The notes under the pieces: generated by a model | What the model was told of the DNA's origin: nothing | Seen by the model: the letters and a program-made list of their open reading frames with translations, nothing else | Databases searched by the model: none | NCBI GenBank assembly: GCA_000614405.2 | Contig: GCA_000614405.2_3612.1 | DNA length: 64,000 nucleotides | Strand: one strand, 5' to 3' | From: Escherichia coli O157:H7 str. 2011EL-2287 | Lineage (GTDB): Bacteria > Pseudomonadota > Gammaproteobacteria > Enterobacterales > Enterobacteriaceae | In this document: piece after piece, positions 45,264-55,737 of the stretch | How the letters are laid out: each line of letters opens with the position of its first letter | Position numbering within the stretch: position 1 is the first letter of the stretch | Program-made: the position numbers and the translations under genes

Positions 45264-46352
45264 TTAAAACTCCCAAATTTCTTCTTCAGCGTCGTTAACA
45301 GTTGTGTTGACGCGGTAGTCGGTGTTCGACATTTCCTGGTTAGCCGTCTGTTGCAATGAAGGTTTCATCCACACCTGCATAAACGGTAGCGGGTCCTTTG
45401 TTGGCGGCACAAAGTCTTTGTCAATGCCGTAGTAATCATAAATCGGTGAGCAGTTATAGTCAACCCATTCTTTAAGCAACGGTGAGTTAAGACCTATAAT
45501 CGCTCTTCCTTCGCTGAAAATATAGTCACTCCAACCGTACTCTTTGGTTCGTACTTCATCAAGAATCTCTTTTAACTCCCCTTTTATCTCAAGGAAGCTT
45601 TTCTCCCATGCTGGATCATTAAGCAGGATATCAATGATGGCAAAATCACCTTTCGAGTGTAGCATTTCGTCAAGCATGATTTTTTGAACAAGCTGCGCCA
45701 CCTGAACAAAAATACCCTGTTCAGCTACTGCGAAAGTGCATGCAAAACTTGCAATAAACTCAATACTTTCCAGGGCTAAAAGTGCAAAAAGCGCTCTAAG
45801 AATGCATTTCCGCACAATATCTTCTTCAACACTAGAAGGATCCAGTCGGTATTTTGCACCAATAACCTCAAGCTCTTGCATGTATTTGACAATAACGCCA
45901 GATCTGCTCAGAACGTTTTGGTTTTCCTGAATCTCTTCTATAATCTCACGGGCATTGGGGAGGCATTGTCTAACAATCTCTGAGTAAGTTAGTGCGTGAA
46001 GAACTTCAATCTCTGACTGTTTCATCAATAGAGTGAAAAGCTCACTATTAGTGATGAATGGTGAAAAGAGGCAGATGATTGATCTTGCCGCAACGCTATC
46101 AGCTTCCCATTGCCACATCAAGGTCTGCACCATCACATCATAAGTTGACTTGGAGCATGTTACAAAATCTGAAATAGATTGCGACAAATCCACTTCATCC
46201 TCTGCCCAGTCTTGTTCTTTTTGTTTTTTGTACAGTTCGAACAGTTGTGGATATTTTTTGTTGATAGAGTCGTACATACCCATTTGCTGTCCCAGAAACA
46301 GTGGATAGTCACCAGTTTTATGAGCGGTGTTCTCAGCATTAAATACAGCCAT
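45264..46352 (-). CDS. nrdB: ribonucleoside-diphosphate reductase beta subunit
   Basis: 362-aa ORF adjacent to nrdA; acidic C-terminal tail ending EEIWEF. Confidence 0.8.
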   Translation of the reverse strand: MAVFNAENTAHKTGDYPLFLGQQMGMYDSINKKYPQLFELYKKQKEQDWAEDEVDLSQSISDFVTCSKSTYDVMVQTLMWQWEADSVAARSIICLFSPFITNSELFTLLMKQSEIEVLHALTYSEIVRQCLPNAREIIEEIQENQNVLSRSGVIVKYMQELEVIGAKYRLDPSSVEEDIVRKCILRALFALLALESIEFIASFACTFAVAEQGIFVQVAQLVQKIMLDEMLHSKGDFAIIDILLNDPAWEKSFLEIKGELKEILDEVRTKEYGWSDYIFSEGRAIIGLNSPLLKEWVDYNCSPIYDYYGIDKDFVPPTKDPLPFMQVWMKPSLQQTANQEMSNTDYRVNTTVNDAEEEIWEF

Positions 46353-46391
46353 TATTCTAACCTCTAAAATGGGGCCGAAGCCCCTTTAAAA

Positions 46392-48707
46392 TTATAGTGC
46401 ACAGCTTTCGCAATACGGATCTTCAACTGAACTATCTGCAATCAAAGGATAGTTCTTTCTGGTTTCATCTTCAGCCTGTTTCTTGGCATGAAGTTCCTCT
46501 GCCAAGGAGTCACCAGCACCAACCCTAGAGTTTAAATAATACCATGTCTTCATCCCGAATTTAGTGGCACGGATAAGGTACCCTAGCTGCTCCTTCATTG
46601 AAATTTTACCATCTTTCAACTTGGTGTAGTCTATGTATAAATCCGCGCTGATTGCCTGACCTGTGAATTTTTGAATCACAGCATACATATCGATCATGTC
46701 GTTAGTATCAACGTCCCAAGCCGAGGTGTAATACTCTTTCAACTCATCATAGTCAGGAACGATAAACAGCACCTGCCCTTGTGGCGATTTTTTAAAGATA
46801 ATGTGCTCACGGACAGGATAAACCCCATTAGTGGTGTTTGTTGCCAGCGAAGAGCTTTCATTAGGCATATATGCTTCAAGAACGCTATTACGTAGCCCAC
46901 CATTTTCAATGATTTCTTTACGTAACCCTTCCCAATCCTGTTTAAGAGAAGGATCTTTCACCACACTATCGACCTCTTTGTTATAAGTGTCGATTGGTAA
47001 CCAACCTTCTGGATATTTTGTTTTATACATCCACTCGCAGACACCACGCTCTTTTGCCAACCGTAAACTTGCCTTATGCAAGCTGTAGCTGTGAAGTTCT
47101 GCAAGATCGTGAACAAGCTGTTTACTTTCAGGGGATCCGTAAGTAACCTTGTGGCTGGCAATAAAATGTGCAACATTGGTAAGGCCAACCCCGATGGATC
47201 TGCGTTTTTTAACAGTGCTCTCCATATTTTCATACGGATATGTCATGATTTCCATAACATTGTCAATCATAAGCACCGTGTAATATGCAACATCCTCATA
47301 CTCCTCTGGGGTAACCCTTCCAGCTACAAGGGATGACAGGAAGCACAATGCAACTTCGCCATCATCAACATCGTGCTTGAAGATATTACGCATATCTGAA
47401 TAGCCTTTTGTCGGGAGGGCTATTTCTGCACACAGGTTACTTGAATAGATCACATCTTTAAAAGGTGTATGTCTATTCATCTCGTCTGTCCAGTATACGA
47501 ACAGCCTTCCAACCTCAGTACGCTGCGTGAGCAGTTCAACAGCAAGATCTCTAGCTCGGATCCATGTTTTAGGAATACTGTCATCTTTAGCGATACGATC
47601 AACCTCTGCATCAAACTCCTCCATAGACATGGTGAAGATACCTTCATGCAGTTGAGGCGCGTGCTTATAAGAAACAAGCATCCAATCTAAATTCTTAGCC
47701 ACACGGTTGATAAACGACCTATTAATACCTATAGAGTAGTCCATGGTGTTGATTCTTTTTGAAGCAACAGTCATAGGGTTTCTCAAACGGATTAGCTCAT
47801 CAATCTGCGGGTCTAGTGCAAGGAATGATACTGTTGCAGAACCGCCACGTGATTGTTGTCTGTTCTCCTTAACCCCAGCATCAATACCTCGATAATATGG
47901 AATCTTACCCATGTGTTTAATAGTGTTACCACGAACACCATCGCCTGCAGATCTTGATGATAAATAGTAGCCGATACCTGCTTGGTTAACCGTCATTGTG
48001 TACGCAACTTCACGTGCCACACCAATAGATTTTGCTGTATCATCAGCTTTTATTACACAACAAGATGCATACCCTGTCTTACCTGTGCGCAGCCCGTTTA
48101 AGTACGGTGTCGGGGCATTGATCTTTAAGTCGGATAGATAAGTGTATAATTTTACAACATCGTTGATACGACGTTCTTTCGGCATATTCTTCATGACAGC
48201 CATTGCTATTCCCATAAACATCATCTGGGGAGATTCAAACAAGGTGTCTTTAAGAGTATCCTTGATCCCGTATTTGTCGCGAAACTGTTTAAGGACTGCA
48301 TAGCCATAACCGAGATCTTTACTGTGGTCAATAACAGCGTCTAAAGTGTTTAGCTCGGTAAAGCTATAGCCCATATCCTCCCAATACCCTTTCTCAACCA
48401 TGGTATTGTAAAATGATGGTAAGGAAGGGATCTTTGTAAACCCCCCAAAAGCCTCTTTATAAATCTGACCAATAAGAACACGACCAGCCATACGGGAATG
48501 TGCTTCGTCTTTACGGCTAACACAGGAGTCTATGATAGCTTGGTTAACTTCTTTGGTTGTACATCCATCATACAGTCGTTTGTATGCATCCAGTGCAATG
48601 TGTGACCAATTGCCGTTACCGTCGTCACCGAAAATAGCGGCCTTATTTAAACGTTCTGGATCGAATGCCACTTCACATCCGTTGCTTTTAATTACCTTGG
48701 TGATCAA
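46392..48707 (-). CDS. nrdA: ribonucleoside-diphosphate reductase alpha subunit
   Basis: 771-aa ORF (E. coli NrdA is about 760 aa); C-terminal Cys pair (YCESCAL). Confidence 0.85.
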   Translation of the reverse strand: MITKVIKSNGCEVAFDPERLNKAAIFGDDGNGNWSHIALDAYKRLYDGCTTKEVNQAIIDSCVSRKDEAHSRMAGRVLIGQIYKEAFGGFTKIPSLPSFYNTMVEKGYWEDMGYSFTELNTLDAVIDHSKDLGYGYAVLKQFRDKYGIKDTLKDTLFESPQMMFMGIAMAVMKNMPKERRINDVVKLYTYLSDLKINAPTPYLNGLRTGKTGYASCCVIKADDTAKSIGVAREVAYTMTVNQAGIGYYLSSRSAGDGVRGNTIKHMGKIPYYRGIDAGVKENRQQSRGGSATVSFLALDPQIDELIRLRNPMTVASKRINTMDYSIGINRSFINRVAKNLDWMLVSYKHAPQLHEGIFTMSMEEFDAEVDRIAKDDSIPKTWIRARDLAVELLTQRTEVGRLFVYWTDEMNRHTPFKDVIYSSNLCAEIALPTKGYSDMRNIFKHDVDDGEVALCFLSSLVAGRVTPEEYEDVAYYTVLMIDNVMEIMTYPYENMESTVKKRRSIGVGLTNVAHFIASHKVTYGSPESKQLVHDLAELHSYSLHKASLRLAKERGVCEWMYKTKYPEGWLPIDTYNKEVDSVVKDPSLKQDWEGLRKEIIENGGLRNSVLEAYMPNESSSLATNTTNGVYPVREHIIFKKSPQGQVLFIVPDYDELKEYYTSAWDVDTNDMIDMYAVIQKFTGQAISADLYIDYTKLKDGKISMKEQLGYLIRATKFGMKTWYYLNSRVGAGDSLAEELHAKKQAEDETRKNYPLIADSSVEDPYCESCAL

Positions 48708-48934
48708 TTTGCTTCCTCCACTTCACTAACGTATTTATCAAGGCAGGTATCAGTATCTTGCTGGATAAAAGTATCCTCTTCTACAGAGATATTTATAATT
48801 TTACCTGTATACTCGTCATAATAAACATCATCATACATTTTAATATCGTTTGTCAGGCCGTTGAACCAAAGCCAACCAACATATTCTGCCCGACTTGCAA
48901 AACCAAGATCCTTCCACTTGGAGTTATGGCTCAT
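48704..48934 (-). CDS. hypothetical protein (ORF extends to 49012; ATG 48934 has SD AAGGTGGTG)
   Basis: ORF. Confidence 0.45.
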   Translation of the reverse strand: MSHNSKWKDLGFASRAEYVGWLWFNGLTNDIKMYDDVYYDEYTGKIINISVEEDTFIQQDTDTCLDKYVSEVEEAN

Positions 48935-48944
48935 CTTCACCACC

Positions 48945-49445
48945 TTAGCTTTCAATACCGAATAATTTTTCCAGGCGATGCAGATCTTCAAAATTGAAAG
49001 GTTCATCAACAATATGAATATCTTCAGCCTTTTCAGATTGTTTTGTATACTTTCTTACATTAACACGATCCTCTACGGGGATATCATACGGGAGATCTTG
49101 AACAAGCATTGCCTCACCAGGTGCTTTATCCACATCTAAAATATCTACACCGTTATACATTTGCGGGTATCTAAAGTCTGCACGCATAACACCAGCAAAT
49201 ACATCTGCCTTTCGATAATGTGTTGGCTTATTTTTGCATCGAACGTTTTTTCCACGAAGAACATCAATACTTTTTAAATCAAACCCTACGGCAAAGAGTG
49301 CAGCTCGGAGACCGTTTCGTGTGCGAACGTTAAACCCGGGAACGGTAGATAGGAAATCTAAAGTAACTGAAATAAATGTCTTTTTAGGAATCATAACATT
49401 ACTCATATCTGTCTCCATTTCTGGCTCACTAACAAAGTGAGCCAT
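48945..49445 (-). CDS. hypothetical protein
   Basis: 166-aa ORF. Confidence 0.55.
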   Translation of the reverse strand: MAHFVSEPEMETDMSNVMIPKKTFISVTLDFLSTVPGFNVRTRNGLRAALFAVGFDLKSIDVLRGKNVRCKNKPTHYRKADVFAGVMRADFRYPQMYNGVDILDVDKAPGEAMLVQDLPYDIPVEDRVNVRKYTKQSEKAEDIHIVDEPFNFEDLHRLEKLFGIES

Positions 49446-49504
49446 TATTATAGATTATCTAATACTATTAGTCAACACAAAAATTACCTATCGCTGTGAT
49501 AGGA

Positions 49505-50488
49505 TTAACCTTTCACGAAGTGGTTATTAAGCAGTTGTCTGTGCTGAACCCACCCACAAAAGTTGGCAGACCAGAATTTACCATCACGATCTTGATGGGT
49601 TACACCTTCCTGCCAAGTACTGATGTCTTGTGTGATTTCACATGAAGACAGGTAGTAGTTTAAACGTTCCATTGCGTTATCGTGATCCATAGGTGTTGCC
49701 TGGTGCTCGTAAGGGCTTGCATGAATACGATCCCCACCAATCAATTTTTTAGCCACACTGTCTGCCTTTTCAAACGTGCTGTCAATATTTCGATAAGATA
49801 CTTGTGCACAGCAACTAGCACTGATAGACAGAGCTTCTTTAGTATCGAGGATGCAGAGCTTTCCTTCTGTGTCACGTACAGCGTAGTTAAACTCTCCGTC
49901 CAAATAAACGTGCTCTACATATGGGGTGTGCCATTGACCCGGTTTAAGGATCTCAGGGGTGCTATTCACAAGAGCTTCCCACATGCAATTAGCCAACATC
50001 TGAATCGTAGGATCCGCATCGTGCCAGCAACGGAGGTGGAAAAAATTATTCCACTCGGTGCTTGTTACAACTGTTTTCATGCGTTGAAAAGGCTCCACTA
50101 AGCGGTTACATACTTGCTTATGGTAACCAGCAAGGGCGAACTTCTCTGCATGCCAAGCGGCGTTTTTTGCAGCTTCTTTCCAAAATTCTTCAGGAGTTAA
50201 CTCCATGTCAGTGTACTCTACACGGATCTTTTGATCGTGTTCTCCACCATCTTCCATCCCTCGCTTATTTACACCGAAGCGAACTGGCATTGCCGGATTC
50301 TCCACAATCTGTTGCAGCATCTTGCCGACAGGCACTGCACGGGAAGACATGGCGTTTCGGCTGAACACTCGATGTGTCATAAGCTCTGAGTGAATAATTC
50401 GAGGATACTCTAGCTCAAAAGTGGTGATACGCTTACCTTTCTCGGAAATGCTGTCAGCAATGATCTTTGCAGTGCACAGTTTTAGCAT
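49505..50488 (-). CDS. thyX: ThyX-family protein (flavin-dependent thymidylate synthase-like)
   Basis: THRVFSRNAMSSRA matches ThyX signature RHRxxSxNxxSxR; 327 aa is longer than canonical ThyX. Confidence 0.6.
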   Translation of the reverse strand: MLKLCTAKIIADSISEKGKRITTFELEYPRIIHSELMTHRVFSRNAMSSRAVPVGKMLQQIVENPAMPVRFGVNKRGMEDGGEHDQKIRVEYTDMELTPEEFWKEAAKNAAWHAEKFALAGYHKQVCNRLVEPFQRMKTVVTSTEWNNFFHLRCWHDADPTIQMLANCMWEALVNSTPEILKPGQWHTPYVEHVYLDGEFNYAVRDTEGKLCILDTKEALSISASCCAQVSYRNIDSTFEKADSVAKKLIGGDRIHASPYEHQATPMDHDNAMERLNYYLSSCEITQDISTWQEGVTHQDRDGKFWSANFCGWVQHRQLLNNHFVKG

Positions 50489-50688
50489 TATTTAGCTCTC
50501 CTTGTTTTAATTTTGGAAATTTCGTCTGGGTTTATGTTAGCCTTAAATGCAAGGTATCTGTTGAACATATCGGAGCACATGTCTTGGGTGATCCTGGAGG
50601 CATACACCAGCTTGCCACCCAGATCATATACCTCCAGCCAGTCACCGTATCTGACTACAGGATCGCCACCTTTAGAACATCTGCCCAT
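50488..50688 (-). CDS. hypothetical protein
   Basis: ORF. Confidence 0.45.
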   Translation of the reverse strand: MGRCSKGGDPVVRYGDWLEVYDLGGKLVYASRITQDMCSDMFNRYLAFKANINPDEISKIKTRRAK

Positions 50689-50689
50689 T

Positions 50690-51283
50690 TCAAATACCTT
50701 CTAAAAACTTTCCTATTTTATACCAGCTATTAGTGGTATAGTCAACACTGACCTTTAACTCCTCGAATTGCTCATAAGGTGTGTCTTTTAGGATTTTAAT
50801 AACTTCAGGTCGTGAAGCGAATTGGTTCAGGTATTCATGCCTGTCGTCAATTATAACATCTACAGCCACATTACCTTTGAAATGTGTGGCGTAGAAGCCG
50901 TGACCCTGGGTGTGATCATCCAGATCCATAAAATCACTGGTCCAACGCTTTAAGAACCTTGATTTAGATGCAAGGTGACCTTTCTTGCATACCGAGATAA
51001 ATGCGAGCTTGTGACCGCGAGCCACCAAATCTTTCATAACCTCAATAGCCCCCTCTTCAGGCTTAAGGAAGTCGTAGAGGAACGGATCACTCCAGAAATC
51101 AAAAGGTCCTATGATGTTTTCTTTGGGGCGATCAGGCCAATACTTTGACAGATCGTAATACATCAGCCCATTAGAAGGTTTAACGACTGTCTTACTGGCT
51201 GGACCATACAAACGCTCCAACCACTCCCACCATGCTGTTCCTGAATCTACCAGTGTCAAATCTACATCAATTCCGATTAACAT
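50690..51283 (-). CDS. HAD-superfamily phosphatase (putative 5' nucleotidase)
   Basis: N-terminal HAD motif I IGIDVDLTLVD. Confidence 0.55.
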   Translation of the reverse strand: MLIGIDVDLTLVDSGTAWWEWLERLYGPASKTVVKPSNGLMYYDLSKYWPDRPKENIIGPFDFWSDPFLYDFLKPEEGAIEVMKDLVARGHKLAFISVCKKGHLASKSRFLKRWTSDFMDLDDHTQGHGFYATHFKGNVAVDVIIDDRHEYLNQFASRPEVIKILKDTPYEQFEELKVSVDYTTNSWYKIGKFLEGI

Positions 51284-51891
51284 TCTTCTTGGGCCTCTTT
51301 AGCATCAATATACTTGCACACAATCTCCGATGCACATTCCCAAGGTGCACCTTCAGGATTTACAACATCGAACTCAATCCCTTTTATTCCGTTCTTTTCC
51401 AGACTTAGATAGGTTCTGGAATCATTTCCCCAGTCATATCCGACACGGTGAATACGGAACAACAACAGATCTCCACCTGTGCTGTATGCGTACTCACTAA
51501 GGCATGCCAGCTCCTCTTTGAATCCACCATCGGAGTAAACAACAACCCCTTTACCTTTAGGGAAATCTTTCTTCAAGGATGTGACTGCGGCCTTACCGAA
51601 AGCATCTTCACCAAAGATAGGTTTAATCAGATTTTCACTACAATGGATCATCCACTCTCGCGGAGAAACATGCTTACCGTCTATCATTAAGAAAGGGCAA
51701 GGCTCTTCTTTGTAGTGGCGGTCATAAAGTGCATTCCAGAGTTGAGGAGTTACACCAGCTGCCTTAATTGCCACGCTGAAGAGCATCTCCTTAACCTCAC
51801 GATGGTGTGAGTTAGGAATAGCTTCCAACAAGAGATCTGCAATGTGATCCTTACCACTGCTGGGTGGGGCGTTAAGAACAATAATATCCAT
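51277..51891 (-). CDS. putative deoxynucleoside monophosphate kinase (P-loop kinase)
   Basis: N-terminal P-loop LNAPPSSGKD; nucleotide-metabolism neighbourhood. Confidence 0.5.
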   Translation of the reverse strand: MDIIVLNAPPSSGKDHIADLLLEAIPNSHHREVKEMLFSVAIKAAGVTPQLWNALYDRHYKEEPCPFLMIDGKHVSPREWMIHCSENLIKPIFGEDAFGKAAVTSLKKDFPKGKGVVVYSDGGFKEELACLSEYAYSTGGDLLLFRIHRVGYDWGNDSRTYLSLEKNGIKGIEFDVVNPEGAPWECASEIVCKYIDAKEAQEEC

Positions 51892-52094
51892 TAAAAACCT
51901 CCGTGGTATTCTTCAACTGCATCAATAATACTTTTACACTTATCTACCAGCTCGTTAGCCACTACAGCATCGTCTTCCCAAACAGCCTCCTCAATCTGAT
52001 CAAGCAATGATCGCATCTTACTCATCATTTCTGGGATAAAGTTTTCTGAAAAGCTGTCTGGAATTGTTAACTCTAGTGTCATTTCGGTCTCCAA
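51891..52094 (-). CDS. hypothetical protein
   Basis: ORF. Confidence 0.45.
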   Translation of the reverse strand: METEMTLELTIPDSFSENFIPEMMSKMRSLLDQIEEAVWEDDAVVANELVDKCKSIIDAVEEYHGGF

Positions 52095-52109
52095 TCATAC
52101 TATGCGTTA

Positions 52110-52568
52110 TTAGAAGTTTGTTTTTACACGTCCCTTCTCATCAACCTCGTTGTTAGCTAAAAGCGTTACAAAGTCTGTGAAACGAACATGAAGAACCCTT
52201 TTCTTATCAAGGTATCCTAAAGCCACCCCTGAGAAATTTAGCATCAAAGGGGCTAAAGAAGCTCTGGCACTGAAATGCTGTTGTTCTACCCTTCCAACAC
52301 CCTTAGTGTAGGATGGGTTAAGATTGTAAGTTCTGAATCCCAGTTTTGTTGGAGCTTTAGAATTAAAAACGACTTTATAGCGTTTCTTACTCAACTTATG
52401 CTCCAGGATAAGCATTCCCTTATCACCTTTGATAAGTTGAAAATCTGTAAAGTGCTCTTTTAAGACGAAAGGTAGTGCCAGTCCCATCGCCTGTCCTCTT
52501 TGTACCGCTGTCTCACCAAAAGCTTTTGCATCAGTAAGTTCTTTGGTCAAGTCTATGCTTTTGATCAT
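52110..52568 (-). CDS. hypothetical protein
   Basis: ORF. Confidence 0.5.
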   Translation of the reverse strand: MIKSIDLTKELTDAKAFGETAVQRGQAMGLALPFVLKEHFTDFQLIKGDKGMLILEHKLSKKRYKVVFNSKAPTKLGFRTYNLNPSYTKGVGRVEQQHFSARASLAPLMLNFSGVALGYLDKKRVLHVRFTDFVTLLANNEVDEKGRVKTNF

Positions 52569-53379
52569 ACCTGGTCTCCAAAATGTATTGTAGTTCTTTC
52601 TTACCTATACTCTTCATTCCAGCAGTCTTACCTGCTTCTTCTTGAAAAGAAGAATAGCATTCAGCAAACACTCTGTCAACACCGTTAACTAAAGATTTTA
52701 TGAAATATGTTGATTCTTCAGATTTTGGGTCATCATCCCCCAATACTTTTCCAGCATTATACCCAACACGTCTTACACAGAAGTCGTAGTCATCTGGTGT
52801 GCTAAAAGAAAATAACTTATTCTCTCCAATCTCTACAGGATCCCTATTGCACGCCTTTTTCTCCCAAATTTGGAAAACACATGGCACGTCATAAGGTTTG
52901 CCATTAAGTAAAAACGAATTCTTAGGGCACCTTTCGCTGTAGACAAGGTGCATCGACATGTCCAGTTTGTTTGCAAAAAATATTTTTTCAAATGTCCGTG
53001 GCAAGATGAAGGCTATAGCCCCTCCAAGCTCTAGCAATGATGCACAATGGTTAAAGAATTTGCAAGCTAAGGATGAATTCTTGCCAAATGGTGGGTTACC
53101 TATGAAGACATCTGCCTTGGGATGCACCTCCAAGAAGTTTGCCTGAATGCACGGTGTTGGTCCTTCAAATTCAGGATCTGGTACTAAATCGTACGACAGT
53201 ATCTCTGAAAATAGTTTTGAAAAAGAACCCCTTCCAGCAGAAGGCTCAACGTATGCACAATTCCCATACTTATCTTTTACTTTACCAACAAGATATTCTG
53301 CATACTCAGGGTTTGTGTAGTATTTGTCGTTGGACTCTTTCTTGCTCAAAGTGCCTCCAAAAGGAAAAGGGAGGCGCAA
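52531..53379 (-). CDS. DNA N6-adenine methyltransferase
   Basis: SAM motif VEPSAGRGSF and catalytic motif IGNPPFG. Confidence 0.7.
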   Translation of the reverse strand: MRLPFPFGGTLSKKESNDKYYTNPEYAEYLVGKVKDKYGNCAYVEPSAGRGSFSKLFSEILSYDLVPDPEFEGPTPCIQANFLEVHPKADVFIGNPPFGKNSSLACKFFNHCASLLELGGAIAFILPRTFEKIFFANKLDMSMHLVYSERCPKNSFLLNGKPYDVPCVFQIWEKKACNRDPVEIGENKLFSFSTPDDYDFCVRRVGYNAGKVLGDDDPKSEESTYFIKSLVNGVDRVFAECYSSFQEEAGKTAGMKSIGKKELQYILETRYDQKHRLDQRTY

Positions 53380-53394
53380 GCCTCCCTATAATTG

Positions 53395-54378
53395 TTAGAT
53401 TATCTGAATCAGGGTATTTTTCATTTCTTCTCTGGTGCGGATGTTGTTACGGTCACGAACAACAGATCCACAACCTTCGCAGCGGTATGTTTTAAATGCA
53501 CTCAGTTGAGTATACGCCAAAGCTTCTTCCTCGTGAAGGTGTTCTCCACCACAGCGTGGGCAACGAACTTTTGGCTCCTCATCCTGGTAGTACAATGACA
53601 TGTTGGGGTGCTGCTTAGCAAACGGGCGAGCCAGCAAATACAGGCCTTCCAGAGATAGGATATCGCCAACATTGTACTCCCGCATCTGTTTAAACGCCTC
53701 AAGATCACCGTGAACACACTTGATCCACATTTCAAATGTGTGGTCAATCAGTTTCTGTCGGGCAAGTTGGAAGTATTTGCATGCATACTCCAAAGTGTTT
53801 GCATTCAAACGGAATGCCTTCTTGATCATTTTAAGGGTGTCAACCTCTTTGTAGGGGCTTGTTGGAGGCAATCCGTGAAATGCAAATCGTTGGTTGGCCC
53901 ACCCACAGTCAAAACCTGAATTGTGGGCTACTGCGACATCACATTTATCCAGATAATACCACAAATCCTGAATCAATTCGAGATCATTGTGAATATCCTC
54001 ATCCCACATTTTGTAATCAGGAAGAGCGCAGTCAACCACACTAGGACTGTCTAACCACTTACCTGCGAAAGTTAGCATGTAGGGCATAATTTCAATACCG
54101 CAGGTTTGAATGTTGGTCTTATAGTGCCCAAAGAACCAGCCGTTTGTTGGAGATGTCTCTGTATCATACACCCAAACTTTAGCACCTTTGTGCTCTTCAA
54201 GGAAGCGCTCCGTTGCTTCTCCTACAATCTCTGACATATTCTCTTGTGCACGTTTAAGCTGTAGTCGGATCCAGCTCTCACGTGACTCACGGCCTAAAAA
54301 TTCACGAGCAATTTGTCTATTAGTGTATCCCTGTTGCTTTAGTGTTAAAATTTGCTCAAGAGTTAACTTTGTCATCAT
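53395..54378 (-). CDS. DEDD-family 3'-5' exonuclease with N-terminal HTH and C-terminal zinc ribbon
   Basis: Exo motifs VYDTETS and AHNSGFD; CPRCGG...CEGCG. Confidence 0.65.
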   Translation of the reverse strand: MMTKLTLEQILTLKQQGYTNRQIAREFLGRESRESWIRLQLKRAQENMSEIVGEATERFLEEHKGAKVWVYDTETSPTNGWFFGHYKTNIQTCGIEIMPYMLTFAGKWLDSPSVVDCALPDYKMWDEDIHNDLELIQDLWYYLDKCDVAVAHNSGFDCGWANQRFAFHGLPPTSPYKEVDTLKMIKKAFRLNANTLEYACKYFQLARQKLIDHTFEMWIKCVHGDLEAFKQMREYNVGDILSLEGLYLLARPFAKQHPNMSLYYQDEEPKVRCPRCGGEHLHEEEALAYTQLSAFKTYRCEGCGSVVRDRNNIRTREEMKNTLIQII

Positions 54379-54390
54379 CGTTAAGATTCC

Positions 54391-54612
54391 TTAGTAAAAC
54401 TGAAGAATGTCTTTTAAAGCGAAGTCACGATATTCGCCCTTGTCTACATCGAAGGCACGCATCAACCACTGCTCTTCTTTATGATACTCTGTAGAGCCAA
54501 ACCATAAATTAGGCTCAGTAACGCAGCGATCTGCAACAACACCTTTCCAGTTACGGTATTTCATCCTGATCAGAACTGAATCGCAAGGATTGAATACCTT
54601 TTTCATCCCCAT
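54391..54612 (-). CDS. hypothetical protein
   Basis: ORF. Confidence 0.45.
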   Translation of the reverse strand: MGMKKVFNPCDSVLIRMKYRNWKGVVADRCVTEPNLWFGSTEYHKEEQWLMRAFDVDKGEYRDFALKDILQFY

Positions 54613-55156
54613 AGAAATCTCTCTCCTCAGTTTTCTTTATAAACTCCTGCATGTAGAACTCAATAGCCTCATGCTTGGTGCACTCCGGATTAATGACAAG
54701 ATTGAGATCTGATTCTGCTCGTGCAATGATCGTAGCTTTAGAGCATCTCCTCAAGAACTTTGTCATATCATCTCTGTAGTTTTTGTGGAGCGGGAAGTCG
54801 CTGTAGTCTTTCTCCAAATAGTCAGCCATCCGGCGCAACGCCTCTGATAAACTGCAATCTGTATACTCGTTACAGTATTTCATCCAGTATTTAAGCACAT
54901 ACCCCTCAAAGGTATTAGTGCATTGGGACAAAACACCCCTGCAACGACCAGTCAGATGGTCATGATCCAAACAAGGCTTACGAAGTGGCTCGCACAAGAT
55001 AGGATCAAGACCATCCTGCTCCTCTGACAATTCTTTTCGAAAGTTGGCTATGTCCTTAGAATCTTTTAACCACCCGTTATGAACGGGGGCTTTGACAGCT
55101 TTCTTTCTTATTTTACGCTTTGCGATAATCCCTCCAGATGCGCCCTGCCTATCCAA
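54551..55156 (-). CDS. HNH-motif nuclease-like protein
   Basis: CEPLRKPCLDHDHLTGRCRGVLSQCTN resembles HNH core. Confidence 0.5.
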   Translation of the reverse strand: MDRQGASGGIIAKRKIRKKAVKAPVHNGWLKDSKDIANFRKELSEEQDGLDPILCEPLRKPCLDHDHLTGRCRGVLSQCTNTFEGYVLKYWMKYCNEYTDCSLSEALRRMADYLEKDYSDFPLHKNYRDDMTKFLRRCSKATIIARAESDLNLVINPECTKHEAIEFYMQEFIKKTEERDFYGDEKGIQSLRFSSDQDEIP

Positions 55157-55737
55157 TAAGCATCTGCGAGATCGGCCTTACCTTGTACCAAATTGATCCC
55201 ATCTAGGAACCCAGGTTCAGATACTTCGCAGGCCTTAACCATCAACTTTTTATCCATCGTAACAGGTTTCTTCACAGTATGCTCTTTACCTGTCTTTTTG
55301 TCAAGCTTTTTCTTCTCCTCGAAAGCAAGTTCCTCAGGAAGATGACCACGAGCAAACTTTTTGGCAGTTGTTGGTGTCACTGTGTGGACCTTAAACAGGC
55401 CGTCATTTTCACAATCAGCTAAGGCATCCCAAAGCATAACTTCAAGACCGTAAAACAACCCAGCCAGTTCACGTGTGGCATCCCCGCGTGATCCAAAGGA
55501 AAGCCCTTCCATAACTACAGTGTCAACGCCGTGCGTGTGGATATAATATCTGACCTGTTTGCAGATCCAGTCAATACGCTCAGCAGCTGTTGCAAAAGAA
55601 ACCGTCCCTGGTTTCTTCTCTTTTGCAGATGAGCTTTGAGTTCGTAACACAACCTTATGAACAGGCTTTCCATCGTCCCATACAACGCAAGCTGTGTGTG
55701 TCAACGACTGGTCTATGGATAATAGACGCTCTCTCAT
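55108..55737 (-). CDS. RuvC-like Holliday junction resolvase
   Basis: LSIDQSLTHTACVV (RuvC motif I-like), VVMEG, ADLADAYWIGRAH (catalytic Asp/His region). Confidence 0.6.
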   Translation of the reverse strand: MRERLLSIDQSLTHTACVVWDDGKPVHKVVLRTQSSSAKEKKPGTVSFATAAERIDWICKQVRYYIHTHGVDTVVMEGLSFGSRGDATRELAGLFYGLEVMLWDALADCENDGLFKVHTVTPTTAKKFARGHLPEELAFEEKKKLDKKTGKEHTVKKPVTMDKKLMVKACEVSEPGFLDGINLVQGKADLADAYWIGRAHLEGLSQSVK

